NCBI RefSeq assembly: GCF_000284115.1
Contig: NC_017080.1
Coordinates: 1,620,001 to 1,652,000, forward strand
Source of the DNA: Phycisphaera mikurensis NBRC 102666
GTDB taxonomy: Bacteria > Planctomycetota > Phycisphaerae > Phycisphaerales > Phycisphaeraceae
DNA length: 32,000 bases
Direction of reading: 5' to 3'
Below the pieces are notes generated by a model. It was not told where the DNA came from. It searched no databases and saw nothing but the letters and a program-made list of their open reading frames with translations. A program made the translations under genes and the position numbers. Positions 1 to 11,169 of the stretch are shown piece by piece; within the stretch, counting starts at the first letter, position 1, and every line of letters begins with the position of its first letter.

Positions 1-2
1 CT

Positions 3-650
3 TCAGCCGGCGGCGTGGAGCGCCCGCTCGATGGCGTGCTCGAGCTCCTTGGCGTCCGAGGCGTCGCCGGGGGCGAGGAAGGTGAGCCCGGCGGGGCCGG
101 TCTCGAGCATCGCGTCCTCGCCGGCGGCGTCCACCAGCGCGGGCTGGCTCGCCCACGCGGCGGCTTCCGCCGCGTCGTTGGCGCGGACCGTGCGCGGGGC
201 GTCGACGCTCTGGTAGCCGAATCCGTCGAGCAGGCCCTCGGGCGCGCCGGCGGGCAGCGACACGGCGTGCAGGGGGTCGGTGCCGCTGCGGGGCTGGTGC
301 ACGGCGATGAGCCGGCGGGTCGTCGGCGTGTGTCGGCCGCCGACCTGGTCGATGAGCCCGAAGGTCGTGAAGGCGTGGATGCCCCGCTCGCCGTGCGCGA
401 CGGCGGTGACCCGGCGGGCACGGCCCGCGTTGAGGATCGCGACGCCGTCCAGGCCCGCGGGCAGCTCGTCGCTCCGCTCCTGGGTCTCCACCGAGAGGCC
501 GGCGTCGCGGGCGGCGTCGCCGGCGGCCTCTGCGCGCGAGGCTTTCTTCTGGGTGAGCAGGATGCAGAGGACGACGACGCCGGCGATCACGGCGCCGACG
601 ATCGAGGCGGTGACCCAGACGGCGGCGGCGAGGGAGGGAAGGAGGGTCAT
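3..650 (-). CDS. Hypothetical protein with N-terminal transmembrane segment
   Basis: 215-aa frame beginning MTLLPSLAAAVWVTASIVGAVIAGVVVLCILLTQKK (single TM anchor), stop at 3-5; embedded in the longer open frame 3..1934, whose upstream part is antisense to icd. No family recognised. Confidence 0.6.
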   Translation of the reverse strand: MTLLPSLAAAVWVTASIVGAVIAGVVVLCILLTQKKASRAEAAGDAARDAGLSVETQERSDELPAGLDGVAILNAGRARRVTAVAHGERGIHAFTTFGLIDQVGGRHTPTTRRLIAVHQPRSGTDPLHAVSLPAGAPEGLLDGFGYQSVDAPRTVRANDAAEAAAWASQPALVDAAGEDAMLETGPAGLTFLAPGDASDAKELEHAIERALHAAG

Positions 651-682
651 GGGCGTGGCGTCGTGGGGGTGGGAGGGTGATT

Positions 683-704
683 GCGTGCGTGCGTGCGTGC
701 GTGC
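683..704. repeat. (GCGT)5.5 tetranucleotide repeat
   Basis: gcgtgcgtgcgtgcgtgcgtgc, 33 nt upstream of the ATG of the minus-strand ORF ending at 3. Confidence 0.9.
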
Positions 705-799
705 CGGCGCGGCGCGGCGATGGAACGTCGGGGCCGCCCGGGCTCGGGTCCACGCCTCGCCGGCCGACGGCCAGCGGGACGCTCGCCCGCCGGGCCGCT

Positions 800-3016
<2,217 letters not shown>

Positions 3017-3092
3017 GGCGAGGGTGCGGGAGCGGGCGGAGCGGAGCGGAGAGGGCGAGGGTACGGAGCGGGCGGGCGGCCGACGCGACGGA

Positions 3093-3140
3093 GCCGCGGA
3101 CCGCGGGGCCGGGTGCCCTCCGACGGCCGCGGTCCGCGGC
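3093..3140. repeat. CCGCGGACCG-family inverted repeat, copy 1
   Basis: GCCGCGGACCGCGG (3093-3106) / CCGCGGTCCGCGGC (3127-3140): perfect 14-bp arms, 20-nt spacer. Confidence 0.85.
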
Positions 3141-3309
3141 ACGTCGCCGGGCCCGCTGGCCGGCGCCGGCGGCAGCCCCGTGTCGCGGGCCACCCCCACC
3201 AACGCTCAAGAGAAACGCGGGGACCGCGAAATGGGTCCCGCAGGCTCCCGCGGCACCCGGAGCCGGGGCCGCGCAGCGTGCCGATTCCCGCGAGGGGAAG
3301 CGGACGCCC

Positions 3310-6153
3310 TTAGAAAGAGATCCGCAGCCCGGCACGCAGCGTGTGGCTGTCGCCGTTGGCGGCGATGTCGCCGGTGTAGCGGGCGTAGACCGCCCAGTCG
3401 TCGCTGCCGGCCGGGCCCAGCTCCAAGGCGGCGCCGAGGCGGAGGGCGTCGCGATCGCGGGCGGAGCTGCGGGTGGTGAAGGACTCGCCCGGGGCGGCGG
3501 CGAAGGCGCTGGTGGTGGTGCCCTCGCGGTCGAGGTGCTGGTGCGACCAGCCCACGCGGAGCAGCGGCGAGAGCCGCAGGTCGCCCAGCGCCTCCAGGTC
3601 GACGGCGGTGGCGAGCTGCGCCCCGACCACGCTGGTGAGGAACTCGCCGCTGGAGTCGTCGACGTCGAGGTTGAGCGCACCGGCGCCGGACTCGGCGTAG
3701 CCGTCCCGGTCGACGAAGTAGGTCTCGACGCCGACCAGCGGCGAGACGATGAAGCGGTCGCCCAGCGGCAGGTCGTAGAGCGCCTCCACCGTCGCGCCCA
3801 CGACGAAGCCGTCGGCGTCGGCCTCGGCGGTGCCCAGCGGCGTCGGCCGCTCCGACTCGAACTCGAGGAAGCCCGCCGAGGCGGTGCCGTTCACCACGAG
3901 GTGGTCGTCGAAGCGCTTCGCCCCGTAGAGGCCGACCTGGAAGGCGTCGGTCTTGAAGTCGTCCCCGAGGCCGTCGACGCCGGTCTCGGTCTCGGTGAAG
4001 GCGAGGTAGACGCCGCCCACGGCGTTCCAGTCCTCCAGCGCCCAGTCGCCGCCGAAGGCGACGCCGTAGGTCTGCGAGTCCTGCCCGGGCGCCGCGTTGT
4101 CCTCCTCGACGTCGCTGAAGACGCCCAGCGCCTCGGCGAAGAGGGCGGGGCCGCCGTCGAGCGGGGCGAAGTCCGCTTCGGCTTCCGAGAGGGTCGCGGC
4201 GGTGGCCTCGTAGGCGGCGGGGTCGTTCTCGGGGAAGACCGGCACCGGCGTCTGCGGTCCGCTGACCGGGTAGGGCGTGGGCTCGACGTCGGCGGGGTCC
4301 AGCTGCGCGAGCAGGCGGGAGGCGTTGGCCGACGCGAGGCGGCGGTTCCGCCGCTCCAAGGTCGCTCCGCCCTGGTTCAGCCGGGCGAGCGCCACGCCGG
4401 AGGCGAGCAGCTGGTTCTGCGGGACCGCCGCGAGCGCGGCCGAGGCGGTGGTGTTGGCCTGGCTGAGCACCGCGCGACCGAGGTCGTCGGCGTCGAGCAG
4501 GGCGTCGAAGGCGGGCTGGAGCGCCAGCCGCGTCGAGGCGTCGCCCCGCTCGCCGCCGGCGACGTCGTTGAGCAGCTCGCCGACCTTCTCGCGGTTGCGC
4601 AGCGGGTCGTCGCCGGCGAAGTCGACCACCTCGTCCAGCGCCGCGAAGGTCACGTCGGCCCCGTCGGCGCGGTAGGTCACGTCGGCGGCGAGGATGCGCG
4701 AGTCGGTCAGCAGCGTGGTGCGGACGGCGTCGAAGTCGTCGCTGAGGGTCCCGCCGTCGGTCGTCTGCAGGAAGGTCAGCGGGGTGTCGGGGGTGACGCC
4801 GGGGCTGACCTCGATGAAGTTGACGTCGCCGTTGAGGCGGATGTCGCCGCCGACGTCGATGCGGTCGACGCCGTCCGCCCCGAACTCGATGTCGAGGACG
4901 CCGTCGTTGCCGTTGCTGAAGTCCCCGCCGACGACGGTGGTGCCCACGCGGTCGAAGCCGCCGGGGTTGAAGCTGCCCTCGTCGACGTCGAGGTCGTAAT
5001 CGAAGTCGCCGGCGACGGCACCGACGCCCCCGCCGATGCCCGTGCCCTCCAGGGCGAGGGAGCCCAGGCCGGTCTTGCGGAAGGTCAGCCCCTCCTGCAG
5101 GCCCAGCCCCACCGACGAGCCGCTGCCGGTGCCGTCGACGCTGGCGAAGCCGTCGGTGTCGACGATCAGCCGCTCGCCGGCGGCGGGCCGGAGCTCGACG
5201 ACGCTGGTGCCGATCGTGGCGACCGACTCGCCGCGGGCGCCGCCGTCCTGGCCGTCGCTGGCGCCCGCCTGCCCGGGCGGGTTGCCGCCCTGGCCCTCGG
5301 TGACGGTGTTGGTGCCGAAGCGTGATCCGTCGCCGGCGAGCACGAGCCGGGCGTCTTGGGTCAGGAACACGCCGCCGCCGAGGCCCGAGCCGCCGCCGCC
5401 GCCGCCGCCCCGCACCGCCTGGCCGTCGGCACCGCCGCCGGCCTCGCCCGCGCCCGCGCCGCCGGCGCCGGCGGAAGCGCCGCCGCCGCCGCCGCCCGAG
5501 CCGAACTCGCCGTCGCCACCCGGTGCCGAGGCGGCGCCGCCGGCGCCGCCGTCGAAGTCGCCGCTGCCGTCGCCGGGGGTGCCGCCGGTGTTGCTGCCCC
5601 CGGTGCCGTCGCCGCCGTTGCCGCCGTTGCCGCCCCGGGCCGCGTTGTCCTCGACGAGGGTGTTGTCGAGGATGATGACGCCGCTCTCCCCGAAGATCGC
5701 CCCGCCGGCTCCGAGCCCGCCGCCGCCGCCGCCGCCCGCGCCGGCGCCATCCCCGCCGGCACCGCCGGACGCGAGGCCGTTGCGCAGCGTCAAATCCTTG
5801 AGGCGGACCTCATCGCTGGAGCCCGCGTTCACGAGGAAGAGGAAGTCGTCCCCGCCGCCGTCGATGGTGATCGAGCGGTTCGCCCCGGAGCCGTCGATGG
5901 TGACGCCGCGGCCCACGCTCAGCTCGCTGCTGAGGTCGATGGACCCGTCGAGGCCGGCGGCGAAGGTGATGGTGCCGCCGGCGGGCGTGCTCCCGAGCGC
6001 CTCCCGCAGCGAGCCGGTCCCGCTGTCGGCGAGGGTGGTGACCTCGACCTGGCCGCTGGCCTCGGGGGTGAGCACGCCCGCGTGGAGCGCAGAGGCGGCG
6101 GCGAGGAGCGCAGCGGTGGAGAAGCGGGGGCGTGGCGGGGTCGGGATCGGCAT
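3310..6153 (-). CDS. Autotransporter outer-membrane beta-barrel protein with glycine-rich passenger
   Basis: 947 aa; signal-like N-terminus, GSLREAL motif and beta-helix-like start, Gly/Ala-rich tracts, C-terminal ~290 aa barrel-like domain ending LRAGLRISF (terminal aromatic). Confidence 0.85.
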   Translation of the reverse strand: MPIPTPPRPRFSTAALLAAASALHAGVLTPEASGQVEVTTLADSGTGSLREALGSTPAGGTITFAAGLDGSIDLSSELSVGRGVTIDGSGANRSITIDGGGDDFLFLVNAGSSDEVRLKDLTLRNGLASGGAGGDGAGAGGGGGGGLGAGGAIFGESGVIILDNTLVEDNAARGGNGGNGGDGTGGSNTGGTPGDGSGDFDGGAGGAASAPGGDGEFGSGGGGGGASAGAGGAGAGEAGGGADGQAVRGGGGGGGSGLGGGVFLTQDARLVLAGDGSRFGTNTVTEGQGGNPPGQAGASDGQDGGARGESVATIGTSVVELRPAAGERLIVDTDGFASVDGTGSGSSVGLGLQEGLTFRKTGLGSLALEGTGIGGGVGAVAGDFDYDLDVDEGSFNPGGFDRVGTTVVGGDFSNGNDGVLDIEFGADGVDRIDVGGDIRLNGDVNFIEVSPGVTPDTPLTFLQTTDGGTLSDDFDAVRTTLLTDSRILAADVTYRADGADVTFAALDEVVDFAGDDPLRNREKVGELLNDVAGGERGDASTRLALQPAFDALLDADDLGRAVLSQANTTASAALAAVPQNQLLASGVALARLNQGGATLERRNRRLASANASRLLAQLDPADVEPTPYPVSGPQTPVPVFPENDPAAYEATAATLSEAEADFAPLDGGPALFAEALGVFSDVEEDNAAPGQDSQTYGVAFGGDWALEDWNAVGGVYLAFTETETGVDGLGDDFKTDAFQVGLYGAKRFDDHLVVNGTASAGFLEFESERPTPLGTAEADADGFVVGATVEALYDLPLGDRFIVSPLVGVETYFVDRDGYAESGAGALNLDVDDSSGEFLTSVVGAQLATAVDLEALGDLRLSPLLRVGWSHQHLDREGTTTSAFAAAPGESFTTRSSARDRDALRLGAALELGPAGSDDWAVYARYTGDIAANGDSHTLRAGLRISF

Positions 6154-6242
6154 GGTCTTGAGTCTCTGGAGCGATGTCGCCGGAGACTAGAGAGCAGCCA
6201 CAGCCGCAGCCAAGACCGGATCCGAAGCGCTTCGCCCGCGCC

Positions 6243-7178
6243 TCAGCCGCCCGCGGGCACCGGCCGGAGCACGCGGATCCAGTCGACCCAGAGGCGGTTC
6301 TGCGTCGGGTCGGCGAGCCGCCGGGGGCTCGGGTCGATGCCGCTCTTCACCCGCCAGTCGTGCTCCTCGAGGTCGAGGATGACGCGCATGGGGCGCGAGA
6401 ACCCGGTGCCGTCGAAGTCGTTGATGTCGGCGCCCGCCAGCGTGCGGACCCGCTCGCCGTCGTAGTAGATCTCGACGTGGAAGGGGTCGCGCCAGTACGC
6501 GCCGAAGGTGTGGAAGCCGTCGCGGTAGGCGACGCCGTCGGAGGGCGGGTGGTGGTGGCCATCGCCCCCGTGGTCCTTGATCACGTCGTTGCTGACCGGG
6601 TCCCGCTCGAACATGTGGTAGTTGGAGCCGGCGATGCCCGGCTCGCCGTCGCCCCGGTTCCCGCCGATGTCCGCCGAGCCGCCCGCCCCGCCGGCCCCGC
6701 CGCGCGTGCCGTAGCACTCGATGATGTCCAGCTCCTGGACGTCGTCTTCGCTGAGCAGCCAGAAGTTGCTCGAGAGGACCAGCGGGCTGACCCGCATCCG
6801 GGCCTCGAGGAACACCGGGTAGCTCAGCGCCTCGGTGGTCGAGATGACCCCGAGCTTCAGGTTCTTGCCCTTGGGCCCGGGCACCGCCTGGGCGAGCAGC
6901 TCGAGGTTCCCGTCGTGCACGCGGCTGTGCTCGGAGGAGAAAACGCCGCGGCCGGGCCCGGGCCACGCGTTGATGTACGCGTCGGTCCAGCCGGTCCCCA
7001 GCGCAGCGGCTTTGTCGCCCCCGTCGAAGCCGAGCGTGAAACGCTCGTCGAGCTGCCAGCGCATGCCCTCGCCGGCATCCGCGGGGACGGGCAGGTCGGC
7101 GAGGCCGGGCTCGGCGGCGAGGGCGGAGACGCCCAGCAGGGCCGCGGCCAGGAAGGTGGGGAGCGTTGGGCGGTTCAT
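6243..7178 (-). CDS. Secreted glycoside hydrolase family 16 (beta-agarase/porphyranase-like)
   Basis: 311 aa from MNRPTLPTFLAAALLGVSALA (signal peptide); GH16 catalytic-type motif ELDIIE in SSNFWLLSEDDVQELDIIECYG; YRDGFHTFGAYWRDPFHVEIYYDGERVR. Confidence 0.88.
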   Translation of the reverse strand: MNRPTLPTFLAAALLGVSALAAEPGLADLPVPADAGEGMRWQLDERFTLGFDGGDKAAALGTGWTDAYINAWPGPGRGVFSSEHSRVHDGNLELLAQAVPGPKGKNLKLGVISTTEALSYPVFLEARMRVSPLVLSSNFWLLSEDDVQELDIIECYGTRGGAGGAGGSADIGGNRGDGEPGIAGSNYHMFERDPVSNDVIKDHGGDGHHHPPSDGVAYRDGFHTFGAYWRDPFHVEIYYDGERVRTLAGADINDFDGTGFSRPMRVILDLEEHDWRVKSGIDPSPRRLADPTQNRLWVDWIRVLRPVPAGG

Positions 7179-7208
7179 CGGGCGTCTCGGAGGAGAGGAG
7201 GTCGGAAG

Positions 7209-7220
7209 ATTGTCGACAAT
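7209..7220. promoter_or_regulatory. 12-bp perfect palindrome, candidate operator
   Basis: ATTGTCGACAAT located between the divergent GH16 and ABC genes, AT-rich in a very GC-rich context. Confidence 0.35.
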
Positions 7221-7279
7221 ACCCCGCGCAGACCCGACGCGGCCAGGCGGAGCCGTCCGTGCCCCAGCACCGCGGACCG

Positions 7280-7325
7280 CCGCGGACCGTCGAAGTCCGC
7301 GGCCGCCGAAGCCGACGGTCCGCGG
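7280..7325. repeat. CCGCGGACCG-family inverted repeat, copy 2
   Basis: CCGCGGACCGTCG (7280-7292) / CGACGGTCCGCGG (7313-7325): perfect 13-bp arms, 20-nt spacer; an additional direct CCGCGGACCG at 7270-7279. Confidence 0.85.
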
Positions 7326-7338
7326 GTACCGTCCGCCG

Positions 7339-8298
7339 GTGATCTCCGCGGCGTCGCTCACGAAGAAGTTCGGCCCCGTGACGGCGGTCGACGGGCTCTG
7401 CCTGGAGGTTGCCGCGGGCGAGGTCGTGGGCTTCCTGGGCCCCAACGGGGCGGGCAAGACCACGACGCTGCGGATGCTCACCGGCGCCCTGCCGCCGACC
7501 TCGGGCACGGCGACCCTCGGCGGCTTCGACGTGCTGACGCACCCCGCCGAGGCCCGGCGGCGGCTGGGCTACCTGCCCGAGGGCACGCCGCTGTACCCGG
7601 AGATGCGGGTGAGCGGCTACCTGCACTTCGTCGCGCGTCTGCAGGGTCTCTCGGCGGCCGAGCGGAAGCGGCGGGTGGACGAGGTGATCGACGCGTGCGG
7701 GCTGGCGCCGGTGCGGCGGCGGACGGTCGCGCGGCTGAGCAAGGGCAACCGGCAGCGGGTCGGGCTGGCCTCCACGCTGGTCCACCGCCCGCCGGTGCTG
7801 GTGCTCGACGAGCCGACCAGCGGGCTGGACCCGGCGCAGACCGTGGCCGTCCGCCAGCTGCTCGGCGGCCTCGGCGGCGAGCACACGGTGCTGCTGTCCT
7901 CGCACCTGCTGCCCGAGGTGCAGCGCATGGCCGACCGCGTGCTGATCCTGGCGCACGGGAAGCTGGTGGCGAGCGGGACGGTGGCGGAACTGACGGCCGC
8001 GGCGGGGGGAGCGGCGGCGGGTTCGGTCCGGGTGCGGGTGGAGCTGCGGGGCGAGCCGGCGCGCGTGCGGGAGGTCCTGCGGGCGCTGGACCCGGCGGCG
8101 GAGGTGGAGGAGGCGCCCGGGGGGGGCGGCTGGCTGAGCGGCGTGCTCGCCGTCCCGCCGCTGCCGGCGACGGACGCCCGGGAAGCCGTCGCCGAAGCCT
8201 GCGCGGCGGGGGGGTTCCGCGTCCGCGAGCTGCGCCGCGAAGAGGCGACGCTCGAAGCGGTCTTCGTCCGTCTCACCGACCCCGGCGCCGCCCCATGA
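7339..8298 (+). CDS. ABC transporter ATP-binding protein
   Basis: 319 aa, GTG start; Walker A GPNGAGKTT, signature LSKGNRQRVGLA, Walker B PPVLVLDEPTSGLD, H-loop LLSSHLL. Confidence 0.95.
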   Translation: MISAASLTKKFGPVTAVDGLCLEVAAGEVVGFLGPNGAGKTTTLRMLTGALPPTSGTATLGGFDVLTHPAEARRRLGYLPEGTPLYPEMRVSGYLHFVARLQGLSAAERKRRVDEVIDACGLAPVRRRTVARLSKGNRQRVGLASTLVHRPPVLVLDEPTSGLDPAQTVAVRQLLGGLGGEHTVLLSSHLLPEVQRMADRVLILAHGKLVASGTVAELTAAAGGAAAGSVRVRVELRGEPARVREVLRALDPAAEVEEAPGGGGWLSGVLAVPPLPATDAREAVAEACAAGGFRVRELRREEATLEAVFVRLTDPGAAP

Positions 8299-9026
8299 TC
8301 CGCTGGCTCCTCGTCACCGCCACGCTGGCCCGCCGCGAGCTGGCCTCGCTCTTCTGCTCGGCCGTCGCCTACGCGGTGCTGGCGGTCTTCGCCCTGGCCA
8401 CGTCGCTGCTGTTCCTCGCGGACTTCCAGCCCGGGGCCGCCGCGTCGCTCACGCCGCTGTTCGAATCGGTCGTGTGGCTGCTGGTCTTCCTCGCGCCGGC
8501 CCTGTCGATGCGGCTGCTCAGCGAGGAGTACGCCCGCGGCACGGTGGAGCGGCTGGCGACCTGGCCGGTGAGCGAGGCGCAGGTGGTGGTGGCGAAGTGG
8601 GCGGCGACGGTGGCCTTTCTCGCGGTCCTCGGAACGCCGCTGCTCGCCCACGCCGGTGTCCTGGAGTGGTTCGCCGACCCCGACCCCGGGCCGCTGTTCA
8701 CGGGGCTCGCCGGGCTGCTCGCGGTGGCTTCGCTTTATGCGGCGATCGGGCTCGCGGCCTCGGCCGCGACGGCGAGCCAGGCCGTGGCCTTCCTCGTCGC
8801 GGTGCTGGTGATCTGCTTGCTGACCTTCGGGCTGTACTTCCTCGCCGACGCCGGCTTCGTGCCGCCGGCGGTGGGCGCGGTGATGCGGGCGGGCAACGTC
8901 AACGCCCGGTTCAGCGGCTTCGCCCGCGGGCTGGTCGACCTGCAGGACGCCGCCTACTTCGCGGCCGGCACCACGCTGGCGCTGTTCGCGGCGGTGCGCC
9001 TCCTCGAGTCGCGGAGGTGGGCGTGA
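8295..9026 (+). CDS. ABC transporter permease (ABC-2 / GldF-like)
   Basis: 243 aa, several TM segments, MRLLSEEYARGTVERLATWPVSEAQVVVAKWAA motif typical of ABC-2 permeases; ATGA overlap with the ATPase gene. Confidence 0.9.
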   Translation: MIRWLLVTATLARRELASLFCSAVAYAVLAVFALATSLLFLADFQPGAAASLTPLFESVVWLLVFLAPALSMRLLSEEYARGTVERLATWPVSEAQVVVAKWAATVAFLAVLGTPLLAHAGVLEWFADPDPGPLFTGLAGLLAVASLYAAIGLAASAATASQAVAFLVAVLVICLLTFGLYFLADAGFVPPAVGAVMRAGNVNARFSGFARGLVDLQDAAYFAAGTTLALFAAVRLLESRRWA

Positions 9027-11023
9027 GCGGCGCGAGCCCGAGGCCCGCCGGCCGCACGCAGCGGGTGCGCCGCGTCCTCTACGGGGGCAACGCTTTCGTC
9101 TCGGTCGCGGCGGCGGTGGGGGTCGCGCTGGGCGTGGTCTGGTTCGCGGGCTTCGTGGTGCAGCGGGCCAGCGGCCCTTTGGCGTCGGTGGTCCGCCTGG
9201 ACCTCACCGAGAACCGCCGCTTCAGCCTGAGCCCGCGGACGCTGGCGGTGGTCGGCGGCCTCGACGAGCCGGTGGAGGCGGTGCGGGTGGGCGGCGACCC
9301 GGGCGCGGCCGACCTGCTGCGTCGCGTGGCGCGGGCTGCCGGCGGCGGCCGGCTGGAGGTCTCCTCGGTGGACCCGGTGCGGGAGCCGGCGGCTTGGGAG
9401 CAACTGCTCTCGAGGGTGCAGCGGCTCACCGGCGGCGGGGCGGTGGTGGAGGCGGCGCGTGCCGCGGCGGAGGCGGCGCGGGGCGTCGCCGCCGGCTATG
9501 AGGAGGCGGCCGGGCTGCTGGCGGCCGCGGCGTCGGAGGTCCAGGACCGGGAGGCCGCGGAGAAGCTGCGTTCCGACGCGGCGACGCTGCTGGCCCGCGC
9601 GGCGGGGCTGCGGGCCTCGGTCGACGCGGCGGTCGACGGGCTGGAGGCCCCGCTGCCGGCGCTGGCCCGCAGCCGCGAGCCGCTGCGGGTGCAGGTGCAG
9701 TCGCTGCTCGCGGACCAGCTCCCCGCGATGCGGCGTTACCTCGACGCGCGGGCCGGCGACCGGCGGGCGCCCGCGGCCGCCCGCGACGCGGCGCTGCGGG
9801 CGGGCGGGGTGATCGAGGCCGCCGCCGGGCCGCTGGAGGCCGCCGCCGCCCGCCTCGCCGACACGCCGGTGCCGCGCGACCAGGAGCGGGCGCTCGCCGC
9901 GCTCTCCGGCGGGGCCGGCGTCGTGGTGATCCGCGGCGAACGGGTCCGCGCCTTCGCGGCCGGGCCCGGCGACGACCCGGCCACGCTGGAGAGCCGCCTC
10001 GTCGCCTCGCTGCTGAACGCCGAGCTCGACGAGCCGCCGGCGCTGGTCTGGGTCGACTCCGCCGACGCGCCGGCGCTGGGGCAGGGCGGCGCCTTCAACG
10101 CCGTCGCCGGCCGGGCGCGCGACGCGGGCTTCGAGATCGCCCAGCTCCGGCTCGCGCCGGGACCGCTCCGCGTGCAGCCCTTCGAGCCGGGGCGGCGCAT
10201 CGTGTGGGTCGTCCCGCCGATCGCCACGCCCGACGACCGGGACGGCGGCCCGGTGGCCCGGCTCGCCCGACTCCTGGAGGACCGGCTCGCCGCGGGCGAC
10301 GGCGTCGTCCTGGTTCCGGGCTTCCGCAACCTCGGCCGGTACGCCGCGGCCGACCCGCTCGCGGCGGTGGCGGCGGCGGGCGGCATCGCGGTGCGGGAGG
10401 GCGAGCTGGTCCTCGCCCTCGCCGCGGGAGAGGGCGAGGGTGCGAAGCCGGTGGCGTCGCCCCGCTTCGAGGTCTCGTTCGGGCTCGACGCCCCGGCCGC
10501 CCCGGCCGCCGCCGGCGACGCCGGTGCGCGGATCCGCGACGCCCTGGGCACCGGCGTGGCCTTCCTCGAGCTGCCGCAGCCGCTGGAGCTGTCCGGCCCC
10601 GCCGTCCCGCTGCTCACGCTCGACCGGCCGGGCCTCTGGGTCGAGGACGAGCCGCTGGGCAGCGGTGAACTCGGCGGCGCCCGCCCGGGCGCGGCCGACG
10701 CCCGCGGGCCGGCGGCCGTCGCGGCGGCGGCGGCGTTGCCCTCCACGGGCCGCCTCGCGGTCTTCGGCGACGGCCTGATGTTCCGCGACGCCGTGCTGCA
10801 GCGGGCTCGCCGCTCGGTCAATGCCGACCTCTTCGCCGTCACCTGCCTCTGGGCCGCCGGGCTCGACGACGCCGTCGCCGCCGGCCCCGCCACCGGCGTC
10901 GGCCGCGTCGTGCCCGCCCTCGGGGCCGACACCCGCCGCAACCTCCAGCTCGCGCTCGCCGCCGGGCTGCCCGCGCTCGCTCTGCTCGCCGGGCTCGGGG
11001 TCGCGTGGTGGCGACGCGGCTGA
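9023..11023 (+). CDS. GldG-like ABC transporter auxiliary (substrate-binding-like) protein
   Basis: 666 aa, GTGA overlap with permease; N-terminal TM then LDLTENRRFSLSPRTLAVVGGLDEPVEAV, central VVVIRGERVRAF, C-terminal TM LALAAGLPALALLAGLGVAWWRRG; architecture of the GldG family. Confidence 0.8.
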   Translation: MSGASPRPAGRTQRVRRVLYGGNAFVSVAAAVGVALGVVWFAGFVVQRASGPLASVVRLDLTENRRFSLSPRTLAVVGGLDEPVEAVRVGGDPGAADLLRRVARAAGGGRLEVSSVDPVREPAAWEQLLSRVQRLTGGGAVVEAARAAAEAARGVAAGYEEAAGLLAAAASEVQDREAAEKLRSDAATLLARAAGLRASVDAAVDGLEAPLPALARSREPLRVQVQSLLADQLPAMRRYLDARAGDRRAPAAARDAALRAGGVIEAAAGPLEAAAARLADTPVPRDQERALAALSGGAGVVVIRGERVRAFAAGPGDDPATLESRLVASLLNAELDEPPALVWVDSADAPALGQGGAFNAVAGRARDAGFEIAQLRLAPGPLRVQPFEPGRRIVWVVPPIATPDDRDGGPVARLARLLEDRLAAGDGVVLVPGFRNLGRYAAADPLAAVAAAGGIAVREGELVLALAAGEGEGAKPVASPRFEVSFGLDAPAAPAAAGDAGARIRDALGTGVAFLELPQPLELSGPAVPLLTLDRPGLWVEDEPLGSGELGGARPGAADARGPAAVAAAAALPSTGRLAVFGDGLMFRDAVLQRARRSVNADLFAVTCLWAAGLDDAVAAGPATGVGRVVPALGADTRRNLQLALAAGLPALALLAGLGVAWWRRG

Positions 11024-11024
11024 C

Positions 11025-11070
11025 CCGCGGACCGCGAGCCTCTCCCGCCGGAACCGGCCGCGGTCCGCGG
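11025..11070. repeat. CCGCGGACCG-family inverted repeat, copy 3
   Basis: CCGCGGACCGCG (11025-11036) / CGCGGTCCGCGG (11059-11070): perfect 12-bp arms, 22-nt spacer; overlaps a 21-nt palindrome CCGGCCGCGG-T-CCGCGGCCGG (11054-11074). Confidence 0.85.
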
Positions 11071-11169
11071 CCGGACCGGCCACGCCGGGGCGCCGGAATC
11101 GCGGAGGTCGTGCATTTGCCTACACTCGCGACTCGGCCGCTTGGTGGCCGGCCCCCGAGAGACCCCGTG

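Noticed and set aside
3343-5325. 660-aa plus-strand ORF opposite the autotransporter
   Set aside because: Shadow frame of the Gly/Ala/Asp-rich autotransporter; no domain signal.
6174-8294. N-terminal ~700 codons of the 950-aa ORF ending at 9026
   Set aside because: Antisense/out-of-frame to GH16 and the ABC ATPase; only the permease from 8295 is supported.
11098-11126. Sigma-70 promoter with TACACT -10 before nusA
   Set aside because: TTGCC lies immediately adjacent rather than 17 bp upstream, and no acceptable -35 is visible at the right spacing; too weak to call.
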